A stretch of DNA of 64,000 bases. Origin: Antedon mediterranea. Its lineage: Eukaryota > Animalia > Echinodermata. The notes below the pieces were generated by a model. The model saw only the letters and a list, made by a program, of their open reading frames with translations, made no database searches and had not been told where the DNA came from. The translations under genes were made by a program, and so were the position numbers. This document shows positions 42,701 through 53,836 of this stretch, one piece after another (the stretch's first letter is position 1; each line of letters opens with the position of its first letter). The stretch lies in contig NC_092675.1 in assembly GCF_964355755.1 (NCBI RefSeq), positions 17,766,912-17,830,911 of the forward strand, read 5' to 3'.

Positions 42701-43198
42701 AATTACGGTATAGTAATTAAAATGAAGCCTTTGTTCACTCTAGTTTGATGGCAACAGGAAAAAAAAATATTAGGCCTAAGCTAGGTAAGGTTACTCACAT
42801 CTAAGGAATCTTTTGAATTTTGTCCAGCACCCTGCCTTTTGTTGAAGTTCCTTCTCTTTGGCAGCAGCTGGATCGACAACTCTCATCTGTCCTCCAACAT
42901 AAACTTCACTTTCCATAGCCATTGGGTTGTCATCAGCATCATCACTATCATCGTTTTCTCCTTCTCTTCGTCCAAAACTGCTGTTCAACTCTCTTTCTTC
43001 GGTCCCCATGTCGAAACCATCATTATCCCAGGCCGATCGTGAAGCAGAGCTTTGTGGTCGCCTGTCAAATCCTTCCTCCTCAATCTTGTCCATATCGGCG
43101 TCGCGGTCCTTCGTTGACATACCAGTACCAGGCCTACTCGTACCACTTGGCGAAGGGCTAACTCTGGGACTCTTCGGTCGCCTTGATTTAGCACTCAT
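27792..43198 (-). CDS. PKD2: Polycystin-2 (TRPP2 cation channel), 16 coding exons
   Basis: Phase-consistent exons: 43198-42799, 39568-39455, 36070-35940, 35760-35507, 35112-34888, 34417-34189, 33750-33580, 33237-33056, 32935-32815, 32374-32142, 31872-31755, 31599-31436, 31187-31040, 30921-30727, 29639-29514, 27821-27792. Hallmarks: [35 protein letters not shown], pore [23 protein letters not shown]-hands, coiled coil [19 protein letters not shown]. The last two exons are less certain. Confidence 0.96.
34773..34864. mobile_element. Short palindromic MITE (AGCTCTGTCTACAC family)
   Basis: AGCTCTGTCTACACCATCAA ... TTGATGGTGTAGACAGAG inverted ends. Confidence 0.75.
36636..36771. mobile_element. 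MITE of the GCTTGGTTC...GAACCA(A/G)GC family
   Basis: Inverted ends plus internal GACGCAA(T/C)GCAAGGACGTAA. Relatives at about 5363-5466, 12369-12478 and 62765-62881. Confidence 0.7.
41288..41468. mobile_element. Degenerate Tc1/mariner-type MITE (CAGTAGAA...TTTTACTG)
   Basis: CAGT termini and internal GGGACACC...AAGGGACA. Relatives at about 26702-26841, 44138-44308, 45672-45842 and 50900-50990. Confidence 0.6.
41491..41815. mobile_element. Non-autonomous DNA transposon with about 55-bp TIRs and TAA TSD (PIF/Harbinger-like)
   Basis: TGCACTTGTCAATTGTATGACCCACTATACGAC...GGGAGAGGTGCGTCATTT is mirrored at the right end. TAA on both flanks. Confidence 0.88.
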
Positions 43199-43439
43199 AT
43201 TGCACAATTACACTATCACCGTGTATATTTGATAATTAAAAAATAATCACTAAAATTTGAAGCGCAAATTAGGGAGGAATACCTCCTAAATAATGCGTTA
43301 AACTACTTCACAAACTCACTATCCGTTTGTAAACGACAAACAACTTGTGTGTGTGTTTCTTCTTCTTTCGCTCAGCTCAACTTTGTGTCTTTGGGGGATC
43401 GAGAAGAAGGAGGAGCGCTCTCTGTAGTTTGTGTGTGGT

Positions 43440-43456
43440 AGATGGCGGTGACGTCA
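43440..43456. promoter_or_regulatory. CRE palindrome and YY1-like motif upstream of PKD2
   Basis: AGATGGCGG followed by TGACGTCA (43449-43456), about 250 bp upstream of the PKD2 ATG in a CpG-richer patch. Confidence 0.4.
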
Positions 43457-43715
43457 TCGTATCGATCCATCGTATGTATCAACGTAACTATTATAGTATT
43501 ATTACATTAAATTATGTAGCCTATACTAGTGTAAGCTTTTTCTTGTGATCATCGTAAATAATGATGATGATTTTTATTATTATATATATATGGTATTCAA
43601 ATAAATAAACACTGAAAACAAGTAGGCCTAAGAGTCAGTCTATTTTATAGTATGGGCATCGTTCGTTGTATGTCATTAAAAAAAATGGAAAGTCTTCACC
43701 CGGCATCTTTTAGAA

Positions 43716-46700
43716 CTACAATATAGGCCTACTTGGTCTAATATAAGATCTAAACTATTGCGTAACCATATCGAAGAAGAACCTTTCGTGGGCGTGTCCA
43801 ATTCAAGAGGCGTGAATAAAGTGTGGCGTTAGATAGTAAGAGCCTAATTCTAATATCATGATGATATTTAACTAAAAATCCCCGTATTCTTATTATGAGG
43901 CCTTTATACTATTCATTTAGGCCTACTATAGGCTTAATTTATATTCGACTTATCCGGTACAATAGTAATACAGTACAATGTTGGGCAGAGGCAGTAAGAA
44001 AATACACTGCTCGACGAGCCATAGAAAATGAGATTTTTAATTTGTTTAAAAAAATGAATAGGCATACCTCTTTACAGAGAATATAGCTTAATAACAATTT
44101 GATTGGCCTAAACAACGTTAGCCTCAGAAGTAGGCCTAGAACGCTCTCTTTTGGGACACCGATATTCAAGGGACATCCCAAGGGGACACTTTCCATAAAC
44201 GAATGAGTGGCAATTTGTTAACACAATACGGCCAACCCATATCCAGAGGACCCCTAAGGGAAATCGGTGTTGGGTCCGATAGCGTCCCCTTAATAGAGTT
44301 TTTACTGGATTTCAACAGCCCTTAACTTCATTCGTAATATAAATGTACATATCGATTATATCTTGTAAATATAAATTGATTATCGATAGTATAGAAATCA
44401 TAATGCAGCTGAAAACAGTGCATTGCATATCAATTATTATAGTGTTAATAATTGTTCGATGAAAAATGGAATAAAATTGAACCTAAATTGAATTTGGAAA
44501 TATATATACATAAGTAGTAAGCCTACACAATAAATACTTTATCAAATGACGTCGTACAACATTGAATATTAATATTTTGGTTAAAAAAAAACTTTAAATT
44601 TGGCCTATAACTTTACTAAAATTATAATAAGCGGATTAGTTAACAAAAAAAGTTGGTGTGCTGAGTGTGTAGAAACATAGCAATGGGAGCTGTCTAAACA
44701 AGCTATTGGACCTCTAACCCATTACAACAATAATTCAGTAACTAGTTATAGTAACCCTTTCCTTCATATAAAATTGTAAAGGTAAAACATTGGCAAGAAA
44801 TGATGGTAAATATCTTCAATTAAACACTACTGACTTATGGTCATACATTTCTAAATTAGATAAATAACTATACATTGAAATAACAAAACATATAACTATT
44901 TTGCAACAAGTTTATATTCTATTCTATTTAACATATTTATCTAGGATTACACAATCAGGAAAGAAAAACCTGCTCTACAGTGTGGTCTTGTCTTTAATTC
45001 AAAATAAATTAGGAAAAAAGTTTATTTTTGTGAAAAGAAATGAACATTTATTCTTTAATTTTGTCCAAAAGTTTTACATTACGGTACAACGTGAACAAAT
45101 TACCTTCGATTTTACATCTCTTAGGCTACAGACTAGAGATTGGATGTTTCATTTGTAATACAATTCATGAATTCAAAATGTTGACTAACTCAAACAACCA
45201 AATTATTATTTGTCATCAGAGGGAGCCTATTCAATTGAAGATTTTCGTCCTACAATATAGGCCTACTTGGTCTAATATAAGATCTAAACTATTGCGTAAC
45301 CATATCGAAGAAGAACCTTTCGTGGGCGTGTCCAATTCAAGAGGCGTGAATAAAGTGTGGCGTTAGATAGTAAGAGCCTAATTCTAATATCATGATGATA
45401 TTTAACTAAAAATCCCCGTATTCTTATTATGAGGCCTTTATACTATTCATTTAGGCCTACTATAGGCTTAATTTATATTCGACTTATCCGGTACAATAGT
45501 AATACAGTACAATGTTGGGCAGAGGCAGTAAGAAAATACACTGCTCGACGAGCCATAGAAAATGAGATTTTTAATTTGTTTAAAAAAATGAATAGGCATA
45601 CCTCTTTACAGAGAATATAGCTTAATAACAATTTGATTGGCCTAAACAACGTTAGCCTCAGAAGTAGGCCTAGAACGCTCTCTTTTGGGACACCGATATT
45701 CAAGGGACATCCCAAGGGGACACTTTCCATAAACGAATGAGTGGCAATTTGTTAACACAATACGGCCAACCCATATCCAGAGGACCCCTAAGGGAAATCG
45801 GTGTTGGGTCCGATAGCGTCCCCTTAATAGAGTTTTTACTGGATTTCAACAGCCCTTAACTTCATTCGTAATATAAATGTACATATCGATTATATCTTGT
45901 AAATATAAATTGATTATCGATAGTATAGAAATCATAATGCAGCTGAAAACAGTGCATTGCATATCAATTATTATAGTGTTAATAATTGTTCGATGAAAAA
46001 TGGAATAAAATTGAACCTAAATTGAATTTGGAAATATATATACATAAGTAGTAAGCCTACACAATAAATACTTTATCAAATGACGTCGTACAACATTGAA
46101 TATTAATATTTTGGTTAAAAAAAACCTTTAAATTTGGCCTATAACTTTACTAAAATTATAATAAGCGGATTAGTTAACAAAAAAAGTTGGTGTGCTGAGT
46201 GTGTAGAAACATAGCAATGGGAGCTGTCTAAACAAGCTATTGGACCTCTAACCCATTACAACAATAATTCAGTAACTAGTTATAGTAACCCTTTCCTTCA
46301 TATAAAATTGTAAAGGTAAAACATTGGCAAGAAATGATGGTAAATATCTTCAATTAAACACTACTGACTTATGGTCATACATTTCTAAATTAGATAAATA
46401 ACTATACATTGAAATAACAAAACATATAACTATTTTGCAACAAGTTTATATTCTATTCTATCTAACATATTTATCTAGGATTACACAATCAGGAAAGAAA
46501 AACCTGCTCTACAGTGTGGTCTTGTCTTTAATTCAAAATAAATTAGGAAAAAAGTTTATTTTTGTGAAAAGAAATGAACATTTATTCTTTAATTTTGTCC
46601 AAAAGTTTTACATTACGGTACAACGTGAACAAATTACCTTCGATTTTACATCTCTTAGGCTACAGACTAGAGATTGGATGTTTCATTTGTAATACAATTC

Positions 46701-46785
46701 ATGAATTCAAAATGTTGACTAACTCAAACAACCAAATTATTATTTGTCATCAGAGGAAGCCTATTCAATTGAAGATTTTCGTCCT
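43716..46785. repeat. 1534-bp direct tandem duplication (2 copies)
   Basis: Copies start at 43716 and 45250, and the ORF-track duplicates are offset by exactly 1534. I spotted only about 3 substitutions by eye. Confidence 0.97.
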
Positions 46786-47285
46786 CTAGATCTATGGCAT
46801 TTTCAAAATGTGATGGATTCATGATATACCTTACTGTAATAGGTAATTATGTAAATCAAAAATGAGTTCACTATTCGATCGATTAATTTTAAAATAACTG
46901 AAATAATATTATAAGCTTATTTAATAATTACGTTTTATTACAATAGTACATAGTTTGTTAAGAAAGACCAGGACAATTATAAATTTTTTTATCAAATGAC
47001 GTTATTTTAGCATGGCAAGATAGCATTGGCTAACCACTATTCTCGCACTTCTAGTTTCCCCTTAAACGTATCAATTGTACACCTTATAATAAAGCATAAT
47101 AATTGCTACACATACGAACAGCTTCACAAACGCCTTTAATTGAAAAGGTCTACAACTAAGAATAGACAATCATTATACAACAATTCAACGTAAACTCCCT
47201 TTCTCACTTCCATTGTTTGCGCGCTTTTTAATTGTCACACTCTCGGGTTGTGAAAATTAAAACAATAAGGTTTTTATAAATTGCC

Positions 47286-47343
47286 AACTGACCAATTAAA
47301 TTACTCTTAGAGAAGGGAAGCTCCGATCGTTCTGGTTAAATAC
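47286..47343 (+). promoter_or_regulatory. Putative core promoter of Fox copy B (CCAAT box and TATA-like box)
   Basis: AACTGACCAATTAAATTAC lies about 47 bp upstream of TTAAATA and matches the copy A promoter motif. Confidence 0.55.
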
Positions 47344-47414
47344 TGGTCTAATTTGCGATTATGATCATTCGTTACTTGAGTTTGCAACATACACAACCGT
47401 GAAAGATCCAGAAT

Positions 47415-48824
47415 ATGAAAATGTCAGAGCAGATGAACAACTCACAGAATATGGTTCCATCACCAGACACAACAGTTCACGAACCTGTAGTTTCAGATAG
47501 TGTTCCTATCAAAGATGAGGCAGTCGATCTTTCTTATGTTTTACCTAAACTACAAACGGAATCGCCAATTGAACCAAAAGTTAACAAGAGAGCACGTCCA
47601 CGACCAGACTATATGCGTCATGTAAAATCTCCATTTTCTTACGTCGAGATGATCTCCTACGTTATTGAATCAAATACTGGAACTATGCTGACACTACGAG
47701 ACATTATCAGTTTATTGTCTAAAACATTTCCTTGTCTTGGCGGCGATTACGTTGGATGGAAGAATAGTGTGCGACATACCTTAAGTATAAACGAATGTTT
47801 CACGAAGATCTTACGTCGTCCAGACAGGCCATACGGAAAGGATAATTTTTGGATCATGAACATTGATTGTAGCCATTGTAAATTATCTAGAACTGAAAAG
47901 GATTTGGAAATTCGCTACCAGCATTATATAAAGCAAACAGGTGAAACAGACTTTTCAACTCAAAAATTCCAAAGAAGAGCAACACACAAACATAAACGTT
48001 CATCTAGTCAGGCTGCTGTACCTCCAGTGAGTCGATCTTACCAATCAATGTATCCTAGCCAAGTTGCAATACCGAACTTTTTACCTGTAATGCACCGATC
48101 AGCTCCAATGGATCTTACATCTACTTCGCAAAATAAACGTAAACGACAATTGTTGGACAACGAACCGCTGGATTTAAGTGTGAAAAAATTCAAATCTTCA
48201 CCTTCACCAACTCCTGATTATTCGTTTGTTAAAGAAGGTTCACCGGCCAGCTCATCAAATGGATCATGTTCACCAGACTTCCGTCGCAGCTACAGCCCTC
48301 AATTCATGACAAGGTATAGTCCAGATAGACTTTTATTTCGAAGCGAACTTCACTTTCCTGAAAACGTTGATCGAAGCAGGTTCATGAATAACATGACTGG
48401 GCGTATGTACGAGTATGGTCAAGATGGAAGCCTTCAAATGGTTCAAAATATAGGTATGTTTAGTACTTTTTTCTTCTGTCTTCTTATTATCAACTGTCAT
48501 TTCAATTGGTACTCCACATACCATCCATCTTCAAACATCCTCGTAGTATTATGAATGCGATGTTTTGTACATGTTTTTAATATTATTTGATGATTATTAT
48601 TCTTGATTTGTAATTAATAAATAATAATTATAAATGTACATTTGATCACATTGTTATGTTATTATTGCAATTATGTATGTTATAATATATTTCTACAGAT
48701 TTTTTAAACAAGTTGTGTTTTTTTTTTCTTCTTTTTAGATGACGCTCGAAGACCAATCTACGTTCTAAGCAGTATACCAGCACCAAGCTCAATCCGAGGG
48801 ATGTTTTCAAGACCTATTTACTAA
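47415..48824 (+). CDS. Divergent forkhead-box transcription factor, copy B (paralog of copy A), 2 exons
   Basis: Exon 1 47415-48453 has the winged-helix domain (WKNSVRHTLSINECFTKILRRPDRPYGKDNFW) and PLDLS. Donor G|gtatgt at 48454, acceptor tttttag at 48738. Exon 2 48739-48824 encodes DDARRPIYVLSSIPAPSSIRGMFSRPIY*. Same phase-1 intron as copy A. Confidence 0.93.
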
Positions 48825-48960
48825 ACTAATTTTTATTCTAAAGGGAATTATATCTTTAAGTATCGATTGTTGATATAAAAAATTCATCAACAAAGATTTG
48901 TTCTGCCTCGTGTCACCGCTGTGTCGGTTTTGTTTTTCTTTTGCATATTTATTTATACTG

Positions 48961-49030
48961 AATAATAATAATAATAATAACACTAATAATAACACTAATA
49001 CTAACAATAATAACAATAATAATAATAATA
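48961..49030. repeat. Imperfect (AAT)n microsatellite in the Fox copy B 3' region
   Basis: AATAATAAT run with interruptions. Confidence 0.9.
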
Positions 49031-50327
49031 AAAACTTTGTTTGTTTAAAACACATTTTATTGATACTAATTTAGAAAACAGAATTCAAAAATAAGCATTT
49101 GTATTCTTTCTAAAATAGAAGATATTTTATTAAATGTTATGTTACAATTCATGTACAGTAATGTGTAATTTGTGGTAATTCGAAATAAAAGAAATCTAGA
49201 AAGTATTTGATTTGTACAGTGTCTATTAAGATTTTAAAATAAATACGCCTAAATGTTTTTTTTAATAATGTGCATTGCACCTCCGGTATTACTTCACAAT
49301 AAGGTATGATACCCTTTGATGGTTTAATAACATTTACATAATTAAGTAAGTTATTCCTTTCATAAAGAGAGAATAAGACGCGACTAATTCTTAAACGACA
49401 GATAAGCTTATCAGACTATTAAATCTACAAAGCATGACAACAATACAATGGAGAAAAATAAACTCTTTCCCTCCATGGTAATAGGCCTACATACAATCGA
49501 TTCAGACGATCATTCGGATCCTCCAATAAATCGTGACAGAGACATCGTTCACATGAACAAATTATACAAATTATAACTCGCCTAATTAATTTTAATAATT
49601 TTAAACACTTTTTCAAATATTCCTGGTCCGACTAGAAATGATTAGAAACAACTATAAATATAGCACAACAGTATCTATACCTTTTAAAACATTAAACAAA
49701 AAATATTTTTGTTTCAAAAGATAGTGGATAAAAGTATCATCTCTGTGTATTATACAAACTTACGGTGCTGTTCGAACATTCTGCTCTAATGCATTCGATT
49801 TTCTACGTATCTTACAAAGCTATATCGTTTTCTAGTATAAATATACATATTGTTTTCGTATTATAATTATCATTTTTACATTATTTGATTATAAAGCAAT
49901 TTTCACATCTAACATTTTTTGTTTTTATTTGGCAGTAGGAATGTATTTACACATACTTTAACACATTAATGACTTACAGTATCAAAATGAATAAAACATA
50001 AGTTATGTACAGATTATACTTTATGTGTACAAACCGTAACTTTAAGTAAAACAGGAAACGAAAATAATTTATGAATTATTTGAGCTAAATCTTCATATCT
50101 ATAATATCTAGATAGAGGAATGAGCCATTGTGGAGGTACAGTATATCTGATATTGACATTCTGAACTGTTTTATTATTTTCCCTTAAATTTAGAAAACCC
50201 CAGTTCTACATATTTATTTATTCTTTTTAGTGAAAAAAAAAGAGGACAAGACAAGATCTATCATTGAAAATTGTCACAAAAAGGGCGTGCCTCTCCAACC
50301 AAAGGGCGTGAAATGAATAAATTACAT

Positions 50328-53300
50328 TCATACTTGTGCAGACGGGCTTGGTAGTAGATAAGCAACTTCAGCTGTTTGTAGAGCCCGTCTGAGGTGTGAA
50401 TATGTATAATTTGATGAATACTTTTCTCTCCATTTATCGAATATGTTGTCCATAGCATCCACGCTGTTAGTACCAGTCGGAGTGCTTCTACAGTTGTCAA
50501 TTTCTGCAAGCGTCAACCCTAGATTTATGGCAACTATGAATTGTCTTTTTGGGTAATTGGGGTGACCGTGAAGGTTTCTGGAAAGATCTTGTATCATTTC
50601 GGCATCTATATTTGGGTTTAAACCTAGAATTCAAAATAAATAAAAAATGTAAGTTTAAGTTCTATTATATTTAGGCCTACTGTTATTTTTATATTTTAGT
50701 TGGTTAAATATTGTTAGTAAATAAATAAATCAATTACATAAAAATAAACTTAAACCTTAGAAACAAACACAAGTGAACTTACTTGGTTGCATCTCAGGAA
50801 TGTCGTATGTGTTTATAGTTCCACCTAAAAAAGTAGAGTACATAAATTTGGTCAATTACACAGCTTGCAGGCGTCTTCCAATCTTCACACAATTAAATTC
50901 AGTAGAATCTTTATTAGCGGGATCCAATCTTTATTTTGGGATCCAAAGTTGTCCCTTAATATTGGTGTCTTCTGAATAGGGATTGGCTATATTGTTAAAA
51001 CATATACACTTTAGTTTAGTTTCACTGAAGGGTTGTACCATATAAATGTTTGTCAATTACAGTTTCCAATATCAAGATATTTAGTTTCTGGTTTGTATGG
51101 GAGTGACTTCTCATGACAACATTAGCCAATATCTACACCTACATATTGATATGATGGTTCATTCATATCATTATACTAATAGAAGCCAGAAGAAAATGTT
51201 TTTTTACTACACCTAAATAGTTTTAAAAAGGGGATCACTTCAGTGTACCCCTCCGAAAAACACCAAGCCTGTAGTCTCTGGGTTTGAGGGATTCAACTAA
51301 CTATCTTAGCTTGTGACGATGTTTGGCCCATTTGTGGAAAAACATTATGGCTAAAGGTTGTACTAAGGGAGTTACCTTACCATTACAGAAATGTAAAAAA
51401 AAAATCACCCCTTACTCATTAATTCGTACATAAGCCTATGGTAACCTAATTTGCAGAGATTGTCAACAATTGGTTTAATCTGAATTTTCTCATAACATAG
51501 CTGTACAAGAAACCGGTAAGCGATTTCTTCTTTAGAAAATGTTACAGAAGCATCGCCTGTTGTATGTAAATTCCTCTGTAATTTATCTGCCAGCTCTTGA
51601 ATTTTCCTTGATACTTCTTTATAAATTAAAGGTACATCACTTATACAGAATTCTCCATCTGGGAAAAAAGCAATAAAAAAGACAATACTAAGCCTGTCAC
51701 TGTGAACAGTCCATCTTTTTACTTTGTTATTATTATTAAATAACATCATTGATATTATATTTAATATGTATTATATAAAATATGTATTATATAAAATATG
51801 TAATTTTTGTATATCTTACACAATTTTAGGTTTGTCGAATTGATTAGTTTCATGAGGAAAAAAAAAGTTTTTAAATAAATGAAATGAACAAATACTGTAA
51901 GTATTACAAGTATTTTAAAAACAATAATCAATTAAATTGACTTTAAAACGTTACCTTCTAAAAAATCAAGTCAAATTATAAATATGTTTATTCAAATCAT
52001 GTTGATATAAAGTTTGCGGTACACCACATGTATTAGTTCTGAAAAGAACTGTTGAGTTTCTCGACGTTTCAATATGCTTTGATCGTCCTCAGGCGTGAGA
52101 ATCATAATGCGAAAATATGATTTGAACAATGTTTTGTAAAAATAATGATGAAATGAGGTCTCATTTATTTTAACATATTTTATTGATAATGAGTGGGATA
52201 ATAAAGTTCTGAATTTTTCGGTTAATAAAAGGGACTTACCTCTAAGATACCTTTCTGTACGTTGAATTTTTCTCAACCAGTCTTTGTTTTTGTTCAAACA
52301 TTTATAGATACACAAGATTGTCAGTGTAACAACAGCTGCAATGACCGAACTGAAGATACCCAGCAAAGGTAGACGGATTTCGTTTTTTAATTCTGTTAAT
52401 TCTACAAGATTTAAAAAATTAGTAGATACATCAAGTAAGGTACATTGTTAAATTCCATGATTAAATTAATCACTTGTAAGTATAATTAATAACTACTTTT
52501 AATAAATGTTTTAATGACCAACCTTAATCCTATTGTTTCAAATTGTAAATTGTTAGAATTATATATATATTTTTTTATAAATTTGTATATTGCCATTTTA
52601 TGATCTTTTAAATGCTCATTTTATAATGATAACAATGTTCAAAATTTTATTTCATTTTTGCAATAACAACAAATAAATAGTAGAATAATTGTGTATTAAA
52701 AAAAATACACAATTAGACCGCAATAGTTTAGTTAATTAATATTGATTATAATTGAAGGCAAGAACATTTGATGAGCAAGGACACTTATCTGGTTATCATG
52801 GAGGTGATCCATGATTCAACAATTTGATAGGGCTAGGCTCGGATGGATAATAAAAGCCAAACTTATTATAAAGAGCATGGGCTGCTCTGTTGCCATGGCT
52901 GGCTTCAAATGTACCACTATTTAATATAGAACTTACGTTTTTGGGTGTAAGCACACAAAAGGTCATTCTCAGCTTCTATCTGACACTGTAATATTGGTCC
53001 ATCAGGGTTACTAACGTAACCCTTATAAGTACACGGTGAACACTTCATGCATTGCTTGTAATGGTGATCATAATAGCAGCCTCGTTTAAGACACCATTCT
53101 CTATCCCATTCTGCGTTGTAGTTTGTTTTATTTTTGTCACACATATTCTAAAATATTTATTGGTTTAGTTCATGTATTTTATGTAAATCTGAATGGATGC
53201 TATGATAGTAGTGGCATCTGCAGTGGTCAGAGAGAGTGGGGCTATGTTGGGATAAGGATGCCACTATTTTTCGAAGTGGATGTTAATAGTGTGATAGAAT

Positions 53301-53836
53301 GAGGAGGCTCTGTCTACACTATCAAACTGTATGTGACAAAAAATGTGATGTGCCCATATATGGACTTGATGATGTCATATCACTACCATATTTGGGTATA
53401 TCACTACCATATTTAGGCATCACATTTTTTTGTTTGATATAATTTTGTAGACAGAGCTTAAGCAGATGAATAATTAGTAGCCATACATGTTTTGGGTTTC
53501 AATGAAGAGAGCTGTTTAAGAAGACCATAATGATTTTATAATGTTCATGATTATACAATATCATAATTAACCTTTTTTTGGAGGGGGCCATAGCAAAGGA
53601 TTTTTTTTTGTATTTTCCCCTCTCTATAATTTAATTATTAAATTATTCTTAAGAGAAATAAATGTTACTTTGATTGATTAACTAATTGAAAAGCAAACCA
53701 TTTATTCCAATGCCTATAAATATTACCAATTTATTTAAAAAAAATATATATTTTAAATAACTAAACAAACCTGTGAGGAGGATAGGTGTACAGATAAAAT
53801 CAACAAGAGCACTGCTTGAACAAATTGAGAAAGCAT
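50328..53836 (-). CDS. TNF-receptor-superfamily-like type I membrane protein: signal peptide, single Cys-rich domain, TM helix, death-fold-like region, C-terminal death domain
   Basis: Phase-consistent exons: 53836-53771 (MLSQFVQAVLLLILSVHLSSSQ), 53147-52937 (CLKRGCYYDHHYKQCMKCSPC), 52401-52240 (TM LLGIFSSVIAAVVTLTILCIY), 51658-51416 (helical region), 50824-50783, 50623-50328 (NLGLTLAEIDNCR...NIFDKWREK...TYSHLRRALQ, death-domain pattern). Confidence 0.75.
52000..52105 (-). repeat. Penelope-like terminal repeat relic with hammerhead-like core (copy 2)
   Basis: The minus strand reads CTGAGGA-CGATCAAAGCATATT-GAAACGTC-GAG. Homologous to 5010-5125. Confidence 0.55.
53307..53458. mobile_element. 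Short palindromic MITE (AGCTCTGTCTACAC family)
   Basis: GCTCTGTCTACAC ... TGTAGACAGAGCT ends. Internal sequence matches the 9323 copy. Confidence 0.75.

Noticed and set aside
42839-43232. Several overlapping ORFs at PKD2 exon 1
   Set aside because: Alternative-frame and antisense shadows of a GC-richer coding exon.
43895-46789. Paired identical small ORFs suggesting a duplicated gene
   Set aside because: They arise from the 1534-bp non-coding duplication and show no protein motifs or splice support.
48454-48554. Hydrophobic C-terminal tail of the 379-aa Fox ORF (possible membrane anchor)
   Set aside because: Intron read-through. A conserved second exon provides the real C-terminus.
48807-49055. 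Poly-Leu signal-peptide-like ORF
   Set aside because: Translation of an (AAT)n microsatellite.
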